Below, piece after piece: positions 15,863-24,979 of a DNA stretch of 32,000 bases. The stretch's first letter is position 1, and every line of letters begins with the position of its first letter. The notes beneath the pieces were generated by a model. The model was given only the letters and a program-made list of their open reading frames with translations, ran no database searches and was not told the DNA's origin. Source of the DNA: Candidatus Saccharimonadota bacterium (lineage in GTDB: Bacteria > Patescibacteriota > Microgenomatia > UBA1406 > GWC2-37-13); contig CP064967.1 in assembly GCA_016699265.1 (NCBI GenBank), positions 870,001 to 902,000 of the forward strand, in the 5' to 3' direction. The translations under genes and the position numbers were made by a program.

Positions 15863-16324
15863 ATGCTGGAAGCTCGTACGCACGTTGAAGACCAAGGTGT
15901 CGCGAATTACAATCGTGCAGCCGGTCTAATAACGCGAATCAATCCCCATCTACTTTCCTTGCCTCAATACACCGAAGCTTTGCAAAAAAATTTCGGACTA
16001 GATCAGCGCGAAGTGCCATTCAACCTCGAGTTCCCAGACGGTACTACTGTCGGATACGAGATCACGGTCGAATTTGGAAATACTCAAAAACAAAATCCTT
16101 CAAGACTGTTCGTTGCAAAGTACTCATTAATACCAAGAGGTCCTGCTTTTCGAAAAATTCCAATAGCCAAACTTCAATTAATAGCGGAAGATAGAGCGCA
16201 AAGAGCCAACGAGACTCATTATGGGTATGTCGCAATTATTGTTGGACGAAATGACACCACACAGATTGAAAGAGATGATCAATTACCTCTCGTGGTTACT
16301 CACTTTTCCGAATTCCTTCCTTGA
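15863..16324 (+). CDS. Hypothetical protein (153 aa)
   Basis: Clean ORF with no recognisable motif. Confidence 0.5.
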   Translation: MLEARTHVEDQGVANYNRAAGLITRINPHLLSLPQYTEALQKNFGLDQREVPFNLEFPDGTTVGYEITVEFGNTQKQNPSRLFVAKYSLIPRGPAFRKIPIAKLQLIAEDRAQRANETHYGYVAIIVGRNDTTQIERDDQLPLVVTHFSEFLP

Positions 16325-16343
16325 TTTTAAATCGCTAAGCCGC

Positions 16344-16349
16344 TACAAT
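16344..16349 (+). promoter_or_regulatory. -10 box TACAAT, 6 nt upstream of the GTG at 16356
   Basis: cgcTACAATccgttcGTG. Confidence 0.45.
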
Positions 16350-16355
16350 CCGTTC

Positions 16356-17537
16356 GTGAAGAATCGCAAAAGCTATCTTATTTTACTTCTTGGATTTTTA
16401 CTTCCCACGCAATTTGGCAAACATTTTTTTCTCTCATTCTCATATTTGTCTGGTGTGCGAATTGATTACCTTGCACCTACGATCTATGTACTTGATCTTG
16501 TTGTGGTAGGTCTTTACCTAGCATATTTAAATGACTATAAAAGACTTCTAAAAAATGTGTGGATACAAGCATTTTTACTGGCTACGGCAGTTGGTCTTTT
16601 CTTTGCTTTCTCAAAAGAGGTTGCATTGTACAGATATATTAAGACAATTGAGCTCCTTGTGGTTTTTGCTTCACTGCAGCAGTATAAGAAAAATCCTCTT
16701 ATATTTCTCTACGGGCTTCTCGCCTCAACGGTTCTCCAATTCTTTATAGCAATGTCGCAGTTTGTGCAAAAGGCCTCGCTTGACGGAATCTTTTATTTTC
16801 TCGGGGAACGCCATCTTTCGCTCTCAACACCTGGAATCGCAAAGACCGCACTTGACGGTATTGAGTTCTTACGGGCGTACGGAACATTTTCTCACCCCAA
16901 TTCTATGGCCGGATTTTATTTATTACTTACCGCGTTTCTATTATTTCAGAGCAAAAAAATTCTTCCTTCCGCAGTGCATGCTACATTCCTACTTCTAAAT
17001 TCATTACTCATAATTCTTTCGTTCTCAAAAGTAGCGATATTTGGTCTTTTACTACTCACTATAAAGTACTTTGTGATTCACTGGAAAGATTACAAAAACT
17101 GTATCCCCTGCGTAATATCTCGGCTATTGGCGATACTGATTCCTTTAGGAATTATCGCTAGTTCGGTTGGAGATCCATTATCTGGACAGAAAAGAGTAGA
17201 GCTCATGCAGAATGCCCTAAACATAATCTCACTGCATCCCTTCACCGGAGTTGGTCTTGGAAACTACGTGATCGCGCAGGAATCACTATATCCTTCTTTT
17301 TCTGGTCTGATTGGCCAACCCGTACATAATATCTTTCTCTTACTTACGAGTGAATTTGGAGTATTAATTACGAGCGCACTGATAGTTGCAACACTCAGCT
17401 ACCTTAAAAAAAATAAGCGCAATTATCAGGTTACCGCTGTATTTTTTGTGTTATTTCTGACAGGAATGTTCGACCACTATTGGATAACTCTTGAGCAGAA
17501 CTGGCTTCTTGTGGCATCGCTCGTTGCATTACTTTAG
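16356..17537 (+). CDS. O-antigen ligase/polymerase family (Wzy_C-like) membrane protein
   Basis: Polytopic membrane protein with FSHPNSMAGFYLL, GVGLGNY and PVHNIFLLLTSEFG motifs. The GTG at 16356 (in frame with the track ORF at 16221) removes the overlap with the preceding gene and fits the -10-N6-start pattern. Confidence 0.7.
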   Translation: MKNRKSYLILLLGFLLPTQFGKHFFLSFSYLSGVRIDYLAPTIYVLDLVVVGLYLAYLNDYKRLLKNVWIQAFLLATAVGLFFAFSKEVALYRYIKTIELLVVFASLQQYKKNPLIFLYGLLASTVLQFFIAMSQFVQKASLDGIFYFLGERHLSLSTPGIAKTALDGIEFLRAYGTFSHPNSMAGFYLLLTAFLLFQSKKILPSAVHATFLLLNSLLIILSFSKVAIFGLLLLTIKYFVIHWKDYKNCIPCVISRLLAILIPLGIIASSVGDPLSGQKRVELMQNALNIISLHPFTGVGLGNYVIAQESLYPSFSGLIGQPVHNIFLLLTSEFGVLITSALIVATLSYLKKNKRNYQVTAVFFVLFLTGMFDHYWITLEQNWLLVASLVALL

Positions 17538-18077
17538 GGACTGAAGCTTGTTTCTATTCTTCTTATTCAGAGTCAGAACGAGGTCGAACTCTGACCTCAA
17601 TGAAGAATCAAACTTCTTTGAGCTCCTCATTAGAATTTCACCGTGCTTAAGATTACTCCTTTTCATCTGTTCAACCATGCCTGCAGTAGGCGCCTGTCCC
17701 TGAGTTTGCGCAGCCTCAGATGTTTCTATGGCTTGCTCGAAATATCTTTCGCCCTTAGAGAATACAGTTAACGCGAGCTCATATTTTTCTTCGCCCATTA
17801 AAAGCTCGCCGGCTCGAATTCTTTTGTCAGAAAGCTCCAACTGAATCTTGGCTCTTTTTTCGTAATCTTGCGTTACAAAAACGAGAGTTCGATCTCTAAA
17901 GGTCTTCAGAAGATATAAAGGATGATCTGGCAATAATCCTGGATATGGTAGTTCATACGCAGTTTTGTTATCCATGTTTGGAGACGTTGGTGGAATATAG
18001 TTAAAAAAATAAAAAAAAGGGGGAATGGCAAGAAGGAAGAGAGATAAAAGAACGGGCCTTTGGAAGCGCTTAAACAT
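17529..18077 (-). CDS. N-terminally anchored helical protein, DUF5667-like
   Basis: 182 aa. TM helix, then YELPYPGLLPDHPLYLLKTFRD, a motif I associate with DUF5667 proteins common in CPR genomes (from memory). Confidence 0.45.
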   Translation of the reverse strand: MFKRFQRPVLLSLFLLAIPPFFYFFNYIPPTSPNMDNKTAYELPYPGLLPDHPLYLLKTFRDRTLVFVTQDYEKRAKIQLELSDKRIRAGELLMGEEKYELALTVFSKGERYFEQAIETSEAAQTQGQAPTAGMVEQMKRSNLKHGEILMRSSKKFDSSLRSEFDLVLTLNKKNRNKLQSLK

Positions 18078-18150
18078 ACGTAATTATACTGGAAGTTTCT
18101 CAAATAAAACAACCCCGTTACACGAAACACGGGGTTGTTTATCAATTCAA

Positions 18151-18423
18151 TTATTTGACCATTCTCTTAAGAGACTTACCTGCTGTAAATCCTGGAGTCT
18201 TGGTTGATGGAATCTGAATTTCTGCACCTGTTTGTGGGTTACGACCCTTACGAGAAGCGCGTCGTCGTACTACAAAGGTACCGAATCCAGTCACAACTAC
18301 TTTTTCACCTCTTTTCATGGCTGCGGAAATTGATGAGAATACAGTGTTTACTGCATCCTTCGCTGCCTTTGAGGTAAGTCCTGCTTTTTTAGCAACCTGT
18401 GCTACTAAATCTGCTTTTGTCAT
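18151..18423 (-). CDS. hup: HU family DNA-binding protein
   Basis: 90 aa. MTKADLVAQVAKKAGLT...GFGTFVVRRRASRKGRNPQTGAEIQIPSTKTPGFTAGK. It is preceded by a genuine SD-like AAAGGTGGTGA. Confidence 0.93.
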   Translation of the reverse strand: MTKADLVAQVAKKAGLTSKAAKDAVNTVFSSISAAMKRGEKVVVTGFGTFVVRRRASRKGRNPQTGAEIQIPSTKTPGFTAGKSLKRMVK

Positions 18424-18636
18424 TTACAATCACCACCTTTAGATTGACCTGAACTGTTAATTAAAAACTATGTTTTTAGATTAGCTGTTGCAACAGCGAA
18501 TCACGAAAAGAATAGTATTTTTTTACTGTTGTGTCAATCTATATTTAATTGATCTTAGTAGATCAATCCAAATCAAAACAGGAATGAAGTTTGGAGCATA
18601 TGGGAAGGCAGTTGAAAATACGGATGTTCAAACGAT

Positions 18637-18664
18637 ATACGCTATACGAAATACGATATACGAG
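18637..18664. repeat. Tandem heptamer array ATACGCT ATACGAA ATACGAT ATACGAG
   Basis: Four ATACGnn units with exact 7-nt spacing abut the rny stop codon (18665-18667). A fifth ATACG lies at 18618. Confidence 0.8.
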
Positions 18665-20179
18665 CTATATTTTCGTCACTGCCTCGGCGCGTGATTCACG
18701 TATAATCGTGACCTTAATCTGGCCTGGGAAGACGTCGAACTTTTTCTCAAGCTCTTCTCTGATCTTCTGTGCCATTATTGTCATCTCGTCATCTGATACT
18801 TCGTCTGGTCGTACGATGACTCGAAGTTCGCGGCCAGCCTGAAGAGCATAGGCATCTCTTACCCCTTTTTGGCCTCTCGCAGCCTCTTCAATCGTCTTAA
18901 TTCTTTTGAGGTATTCTTCAAAATCCTCATGACGTGCTCCCGGTCTTCCTCCAGATACTGCGTCCGAGATATACACGATAACTCCCTCTACGGAAGTAAA
19001 TGGTGTATCTTCATGATGTGAGGCAATGGTATCAATGACCGCTTGGGGGAATCGATGTTTTTTTGCAAACTCTACTCCTAGAGTGACGTGATTTCCACCT
19101 TCTGCAGAATCGATAACCTTTCCAATGTCGTGAAGTAGACATCCGAGTTTTACCACATTTACATCGGCTCCAAGTTCTTGAGCAATGCCGATACCGATCT
19201 TTGTTTCTTCAAGAGTGTGAAGAATCATGTTCTGACCATATGAGTATCTGTATTTAAATTTTCCCAATGCCTGTGTGACCTCAGCTGGAAGGTTGTAGAC
19301 GCCTACCTTATGTGCAAGCTCCTCTCCGGCCTGAAACATTATTCGATCTAACTCCTTGCGGACCTGAGACACTATCTCCTCTATTCTTTGGGGCTGAATG
19401 CGACCATCTCGAATCAATCGCTCAAGTGAAATTTTTGCGATTTCTCGCTTAACTGCATTGAAGGAAGAGAGCTTAATAACGCCTTCTTCCTCAAGATCGA
19501 CGTCAACTCCAGTTGCGAGCTCGAATGATCTAATGTTTCTTCCGTCTTTTCCAATAATTCTTCCTTTTACATCGTCGCTTGGAAGAGCAAAGGTGGAAAG
19601 AGTGTATTCGGCCACGTAGTCAGTAGCACCATGCTTCATTGAATCTACCAATATGTCTTTGGCTTTTGCCTCTGCAATAATCTTTATTTCTTCTTCGGCA
19701 GCCTTAATGCGTTTCGCAATATCTCCTTTTAACTTCTCCTCCCAACCAGTCAAAAGAACTTGCTTTGCCTCATCTTTAGACATTCCCGCGACCTTCTCGA
19801 CCTTCTGAAGAAGAGTATCTTTCGCAGTCTCTAGATCTTTGCGGAGCTTTTCTATAGATTGCATCTCTTTTTCAGAGTCATGCTCCTTCTGACCCAAGAG
19901 CTGTTCACGTTTGACAAGCTGCTTCTCTAATTCCATAGCGTCTTGTGTGAGCTTGCGCGATTCCTGCTGTGCTTGTTCCTTTATTCTGTACGCCTCGTCA
20001 CGTGCGCGCTGTACCATAGCCTGCACATCAGGAGTTGGAGCAACTGGACGCTGTGGTTGTTGCTGAACTGGCTCTGGTTGAGCCTCACGTTTAGCCGAAG
20101 AAGAAGTCTCTTTCGCATTCTGTTTTTCAAGATTTTCTAATAGTTTACGTAGGAGAGCCTCGAGTGCTGCGGTATTCAT
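18665..20179 (-). CDS. rny: Ribonuclease Y
   Basis: 504 aa. KH domain (GRIIGKDGRNIRSFE), HD domain (LLHDIGK...HH), and a coiled-coil N-terminal half. Confidence 0.93.
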   Translation of the reverse strand: MNTAALEALLRKLLENLEKQNAKETSSSAKREAQPEPVQQQPQRPVAPTPDVQAMVQRARDEAYRIKEQAQQESRKLTQDAMELEKQLVKREQLLGQKEHDSEKEMQSIEKLRKDLETAKDTLLQKVEKVAGMSKDEAKQVLLTGWEEKLKGDIAKRIKAAEEEIKIIAEAKAKDILVDSMKHGATDYVAEYTLSTFALPSDDVKGRIIGKDGRNIRSFELATGVDVDLEEEGVIKLSSFNAVKREIAKISLERLIRDGRIQPQRIEEIVSQVRKELDRIMFQAGEELAHKVGVYNLPAEVTQALGKFKYRYSYGQNMILHTLEETKIGIGIAQELGADVNVVKLGCLLHDIGKVIDSAEGGNHVTLGVEFAKKHRFPQAVIDTIASHHEDTPFTSVEGVIVYISDAVSGGRPGARHEDFEEYLKRIKTIEEAARGQKGVRDAYALQAGRELRVIVRPDEVSDDEMTIMAQKIREELEKKFDVFPGQIKVTIIRESRAEAVTKI

Positions 20180-20346
20180 ATGTTTAAAAATAATAAGGAG
20201 AAGGTTGTAGGAGAATGATTACATTAAGCTCTCAATAAATCGCCCATCACTGTGCGAGAAACGGTAGAGTTAATAATGTAGTCCATACTCATGAATACAA
20301 TCTTCTAAAATAGATAATAAAGAATAACTTACTAATACTCTCAATT

Positions 20347-20823
20347 TTACTCTTTTCCCTCCAGATCTGCAATCGCTCTTTTGATTACGCCGTAGTTAAA
20401 TCCCTTCCTTTGAAGATAGTTAGCCGATCTTTGGAAGCGCTTTTTTTCATTCTCATTCTGAAACTTCCTCCACTGAGACCGAAGAGCTTTTATCGCTGCC
20501 TCATATTCGTCGACCATATTTTCATCAAAATAAAAAGAGATGACCTCGTTTGGCACTCCTCGCACTCTCAGCTCATTTTTTAGTAACGCTACTGATTTTT
20601 TTTTGGAGCTACTCCTTATCTCCATAAACCATGTCATAAACTCCTTATCGTCTATTAGTTTTTGATCAACAAGCTTCATTATTGCTTTATTAACAGATTG
20701 TTCGGTGTAGGAAAATTTCTTAGCTTTTTTGTCAAGATATTTTTTCATTTCATCTTCGGTTCGTGGTCTAAATCGAAGATAGAAATATGCGAAGTTAAGA
20801 AGTCGGGAAACCTCAGTGTCCAT
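20347..20823 (-). CDS. recX: Recombination regulator RecX
   Basis: 158 aa, located directly downstream of recA. Repeated helical RecX pattern (YFYLRFRPRTEDEMKKYL..., LIDDKEF..., LKNELRVRGVP...). Confidence 0.85.
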   Translation of the reverse strand: MDTEVSRLLNFAYFYLRFRPRTEDEMKKYLDKKAKKFSYTEQSVNKAIMKLVDQKLIDDKEFMTWFMEIRSSSKKKSVALLKNELRVRGVPNEVISFYFDENMVDEYEAAIKALRSQWRKFQNENEKKRFQRSANYLQRKGFNYGVIKRAIADLEGKE

Positions 20824-20837
20824 TTTAAAATTACAGT

Positions 20838-21854
20838 TTATTTCTTTATGCTCTTTTTCTCGAGTTCATCGACTATATGTTTGCGTAGCTTTTCGTCCTG
20901 CATGAATGTTTCTTTTAGCTGCTCTTTGCCCTGTGCGAGAACCTTTTCTCCCATCTTTAGGAACGCTCCGCTCTTTGTGATTATTCCCGCTCCAATTGCT
21001 GCCTCGATAATACTCTCATCGCGATCTATACCAGCGCTATTTATTACAAACTCAGCTTCCTTGAAGGGAGGAGCCATCTTATTCTTCACGATCTTGACAC
21101 GATGTCTAGAACCATAGACCATGTTATTTTTTTTGAGTGTCTCTATTTTACGTACGTCCATACGAACCGATGCGTAAAACTTTGTAGCGAGTCCCCCTGG
21201 AGTTGTCTCTGGATTTCCAAACATAATTCCAATTTTGAGTCGGAGCTGATTTGTGAAAAGGATCGTGGTTTTAGATTTTGAAACTACGCCGGTAAGTTTA
21301 CGAAGCGCCTGCGACATTAATCTTGCCTGAAGTCCCATCTGCGCATCTCCCATCTCGCCTTCAATCTCTGCACGAGGAACAAGAGCCGCAATCGAATCAA
21401 CGACAACTATGTCGACTCCACCTGAACGAATGAGAGCCTCTACAATCTCTAGAGCTTGCTCTCCGGTGTCTGGTTGAGAAATCAAAAGATCGTTCAGTTT
21501 CACTCCAAGAATTTCTGCCCAGACCGGATCAAGCGCATGCTCCACATCAACGAATGCTGCTATACCTCCTGCCTTCTGTACCTCAGCTATTACAGATAAG
21601 CAGACCGTTGTTTTTCCGGACGCCTCTGGTCCGAAGATTTCCAAGATCCGTCCTTTTGGAAGTCCTCCTATTCCCAGTGCAACGTCAAGTGGAAGGATTC
21701 CGGTCTTAATAACGTCGTCGGGGTGTGGGGCTGGTTTTTCTCCAAGTCGCATTATGGAGCCGCGTCCAAACTGTTTTTGAATTTGCTCAATAGCAAGATT
21801 TACAGCCTCATTCTTTGGGCTAAGTTTCTCATGAGCTTTTTCTGAAGTTTTCAT
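20838..21854 (-). CDS. recA: Recombinase RecA
   Basis: 338 aa. GPEASGKTT (Walker A), IVVDSIAAL and [12 protein letters not shown]. Confidence 0.97.
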   Translation of the reverse strand: MKTSEKAHEKLSPKNEAVNLAIEQIQKQFGRGSIMRLGEKPAPHPDDVIKTGILPLDVALGIGGLPKGRILEIFGPEASGKTTVCLSVIAEVQKAGGIAAFVDVEHALDPVWAEILGVKLNDLLISQPDTGEQALEIVEALIRSGGVDIVVVDSIAALVPRAEIEGEMGDAQMGLQARLMSQALRKLTGVVSKSKTTILFTNQLRLKIGIMFGNPETTPGGLATKFYASVRMDVRKIETLKKNNMVYGSRHRVKIVKNKMAPPFKEAEFVINSAGIDRDESIIEAAIGAGIITKSGAFLKMGEKVLAQGKEQLKETFMQDEKLRKHIVDELEKKSIKK

Positions 21855-21900
21855 CGCCCCTATTTTTACACTCTTTTACAGTAGTTTGCAAGAAGAAAAT

Positions 21901-22833
21901 TTAGAGAATATAAAGAAGTAAAATAACGGTCAGTCCCCATAGTACCATCGTAGCGATAAGTGGTCTGTCCTTTGTAATTGTTTTTTCTGGACGCTCCCCT
22001 TCTGATTTATCGTATAGGAGCTGTGCATAGCGAGCGATACCATAAACCACAAATGGGATCGTCACCATCATCCATTTTCGTGCCTCAAACTGAGGAACAA
22101 TTTTATTAAAGAACTCAGAAAATCCGGTGTTTTCACTCGATATTCTTTCAAAATATGTATAGAACGAGTACGCGAGAATTGTAGATGTCGCAAAGGTTGT
22201 TGTAAGAAAACCAAGGAGATGTTCTCGATATGAGACTAGCGCTGCTCTTGCCTCTCTCCCAAAGTTTGCGAGCTCAGCATCTCGTTTAACCGTCGCGACA
22301 AACAACGAACCAAAAAAGATCGTGAACATAAGCCATATTGGGATTGAGAATCCAGTTGCTACGACTCCTGCAAAGGCTCGTATCATAAATGAAAACGATA
22401 TGGAAAAAATATCGATAATTGGGTGTTTTTTTAGATAGAGCGAGTAGACCACATGTAGAGCTAGAAACAGTACCGATATGAGAAAAAACTGAACAGAGAA
22501 AGTAAGAGCGAGCACGAGAGAGATAATTACTAAAATAAATACAGTGAAGGTTGCTTCCTGTATCGAGATCTTTCCCGACGCTATTGGTCGAAATCTCTTT
22601 ATCGGGTGCTTTTTATCATTTGGGTAATCAATAATGTCGTTAAATACATATGAAGTAGATGACAGCAAACAGAATATAAAAAAGGCTCCAATCGTCTCGA
22701 TTAAAACTGGTTGATTAAACAACTCGCCTGAGAAAATGATCGCAGTAAATACAACTAGATTCTTGATCCACTGATTAACGCGAAGCGACCTCATTATGAG
22801 TAGCAGTCTGTTGTCCATGTTCACATCTTGCAT
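21901..22833 (-). CDS. UbiA-family prenyltransferase, decaprenyl-phosphate phosphoribosyltransferase-like
   Basis: 310 aa, polytopic. LRVNQWIKNLVVF and NDIIDYPNDKKHP (NDxxDxxxD). An alternative start exists at 22818. Confidence 0.75.
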   Translation of the reverse strand: MQDVNMDNRLLLIMRSLRVNQWIKNLVVFTAIIFSGELFNQPVLIETIGAFFIFCLLSSTSYVFNDIIDYPNDKKHPIKRFRPIASGKISIQEATFTVFILVIISLVLALTFSVQFFLISVLFLALHVVYSLYLKKHPIIDIFSISFSFMIRAFAGVVATGFSIPIWLMFTIFFGSLFVATVKRDAELANFGREARAALVSYREHLLGFLTTTFATSTILAYSFYTYFERISSENTGFSEFFNKIVPQFEARKWMMVTIPFVVYGIARYAQLLYDKSEGERPEKTITKDRPLIATMVLWGLTVILLLYIL

Positions 22834-22848
22834 TATACTATAAAAATT

Positions 22849-23967
22849 ATGTTTCCTAGGCGCCCCTACCTTGTCATTCCCAAGCTAATTGAACAGCCTA
22901 CATGGGGCGGAACATACATCCCAACGGCAAAACAGTGGAGCGAAAAAAAAGGTATTGTAGGAAAAAAGTTTGGTCAAAGTTACGAGCTTTTTGGCAAATC
23001 CAAATTTCGACTCGACGTCACCTCAACCGACGACCCATCCTTCATTCCAGAAGTTGGTAATCCAGATAATGACCGCATCGCTCCTCTTGCCTTAATAGAG
23101 GGCAGGCAGTACTGCGGACTCACAACAATTACCGCTCAACCAGTACCTATTCTTATAAAACTAACTCAGGCCCTCGGCAACTCCTTTCAAATTCATGTTA
23201 AACCTGGCGCCGTCACCGATCGATGGAAACCAAAACCTGAAACCTGGTTCTATTTTGAAGATGGTATGGCGACTTGCGGTCTCGCCGAAGGAGTAAATAT
23301 CGATGCTTATAAAAAATGCTGTGAAGAGATTAATTCTTTTATGTTGATTCTAAGTAAGCAAGTTCAGGAAAAGCAACTCTCTCTTTCTGAGGGACAGTCG
23401 CAGGCAAAAACATTTATTCAAGAAAAGAATCCGTGGCAGTATGTAAACACTATCCAAATAAAAAAGGATGAAGTTGTCGATATGTCGGCGGGTGGCATTC
23501 ATCACTCTTGGGAAGAAGATCGAGAAAAATATCCTCTTGGAAATGTTCTGTATGAAATTCAGCTCGATGCAATGGATCCTGTCTCCACGCTCCGTTCCTT
23601 CGATCAGGGCAAAATAAAAAACGACGGATCGATTAGGCCAATTCAGGTCGACGAGTACTTCAAGTTCCTCGACACAGATCCTGGACACAACAGAACGGCA
23701 AACATCGTTTCTCATCCCGATGGTACCCTTATCTGTAAAACTCCTCACTATTCACTCGACCGACTTAAAGTCTCATCGCCGATAAAAGAAACAACTTACA
23801 ATTCTTTCGTCCATCTTTTCGTAAAAGAAGGCACCGTTAAGGTTCTAGCTACTGACGGTGAAGTGATAGTTGGTACGGGACACTCTTGCTTCATTCCACA
23901 AGAAGTTGGCGAGTATAGTTTGGAAAATATTGGAGAATCTTGTACCGTTTTAAAGACGTATATATAA
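22849..23967 (+). CDS. Cupin-type sugar-phosphate isomerase, class I phosphomannose isomerase-like
   Basis: PTWGGTYIP, FGQSYELFG, LIKLTQALGNSFQIHV and GGIHHSWEE resemble type I PMI motifs. The start is taken at the ATG at 22849. Confidence 0.5.
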   Translation: MFPRRPYLVIPKLIEQPTWGGTYIPTAKQWSEKKGIVGKKFGQSYELFGKSKFRLDVTSTDDPSFIPEVGNPDNDRIAPLALIEGRQYCGLTTITAQPVPILIKLTQALGNSFQIHVKPGAVTDRWKPKPETWFYFEDGMATCGLAEGVNIDAYKKCCEEINSFMLILSKQVQEKQLSLSEGQSQAKTFIQEKNPWQYVNTIQIKKDEVVDMSAGGIHHSWEEDREKYPLGNVLYEIQLDAMDPVSTLRSFDQGKIKNDGSIRPIQVDEYFKFLDTDPGHNRTANIVSHPDGTLICKTPHYSLDRLKVSSPIKETTYNSFVHLFVKEGTVKVLATDGEVIVGTGHSCFIPQEVGEYSLENIGESCTVLKTYI

Positions 23968-23968
23968 T
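23963..23968 (+). promoter_or_regulatory. -10 box TATAAT, 7 nt upstream of the ATG at 23976, overlapping the stop codon of the preceding gene
   Basis: tataTATAATaagcaatATG. Confidence 0.45.
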
Positions 23969-23975
23969 AAGCAAT

Positions 23976-24893
23976 ATGAAAATACCAACATTAGATGAAG
24001 TCGTACTTCAGGCTTTGGATTTTTTTATAAAAACTCCTCCACCCACTTTAGATATAACTAAGATTTCATTTCCGTTTGTTGTGGGGAGCGGTAATGCGAG
24101 CCATACAGGGAAAATTATTTTTTCAGGAAGATCTGCAATTCTTAGTGACGAAACAACATTTAAATCGTTTACCAAGTCTTATGCAGGTGCTGTTAAACAA
24201 AAACTTATTAAAGACGCTGTTATTATTTCGTCCTCTGGGGAAAAAGATTCGGTATGGGAAGTTGAGCTTGCGAAATCCTTAGGTTTAAAAACCACGCTTC
24301 TCACCTGTAAGCCAAATTCCACAGCAGCCAAAATCGCAGATAATGTTGTCGTATATAAGAGTATTGCCGAACCTTATACCTACAACACTTCCACATATCT
24401 TGGGATGATTCTTTCAACAACCAACGAAAGTGCTCAAGATATAAAATCTTTTATAGAAGCTCTGCAGATTCCAAAAAACTTTTCAACTTACGAGGCCTAT
24501 GCTTTTGTGCTTCCCGATGAATATTCGAATGTAGCCCCAATGATTGAAATCAAACGAGATGAGTTATTTGGTCCGCATCTTATGATTCGCGCAAATTCTC
24601 AAGGCTTTTCAAGACATGCGAAGTTCGTTCATCCATGGGAAAAGGAGCTGGTTATATCGATCGGTAATGAGAATCCGTACTTTGGCCACCCAGACCACCG
24701 TTGGTTTATACCTCTCCCCCAGAATGCAGGATTCGGTCTAATCAAAGCAATGACTTATTATCTTTGCGGACTTTTACAAAGAGATAAATATCCTTATTTT
24801 ATTGAAAATGTAGAAAATTTCTGCAATGACTACGGACCAAAAGCCTATGGGGCACCTCAGAAATTTGATGTGATTGTAGCTGCAAATAATTAA
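23976..24893 (+). CDS. SIS (sugar isomerase)-domain-like protein
   Basis: FVVGSGNASHTG and AVIISSSGEKDS resemble SIS phosphosugar-binding motifs. It follows the PMI-like gene. Confidence 0.45.
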   Translation: MKIPTLDEVVLQALDFFIKTPPPTLDITKISFPFVVGSGNASHTGKIIFSGRSAILSDETTFKSFTKSYAGAVKQKLIKDAVIISSSGEKDSVWEVELAKSLGLKTTLLTCKPNSTAAKIADNVVVYKSIAEPYTYNTSTYLGMILSTTNESAQDIKSFIEALQIPKNFSTYEAYAFVLPDEYSNVAPMIEIKRDELFGPHLMIRANSQGFSRHAKFVHPWEKELVISIGNENPYFGHPDHRWFIPLPQNAGFGLIKAMTYYLCGLLQRDKYPYFIENVENFCNDYGPKAYGAPQKFDVIVAANN

Positions 24894-24902
24894 TAGATTG
24901 TA

Positions 24903-24970
24903 ATTACCGTAAGATTAACGCAGATTACCCGCAAACTATTCCCGCAGATTTAACGCAGATTAACCGCAAG
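24903..24970. repeat. Six degenerate tandem copies of about 11 nt (ATTAaCcGCAG)
   Basis: Units are attaccgtaag, attaacgcag, attacccgcaaact, attcccgcag, atttaacgcag and attaaccgcaag. The plus strand has 18 C and 11 G by hand count. The array lies between two convergent genes. Confidence 0.75.
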
Positions 24971-24979
24971 CACCACGAC

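Noticed and set aside
20662-21117. 151-aa plus-strand ORF across the recX/recA junction
   Set aside because: It is antisense to two conserved genes, and its composition (F/S/I-rich) is typical of shadow frames in AT-rich DNA.
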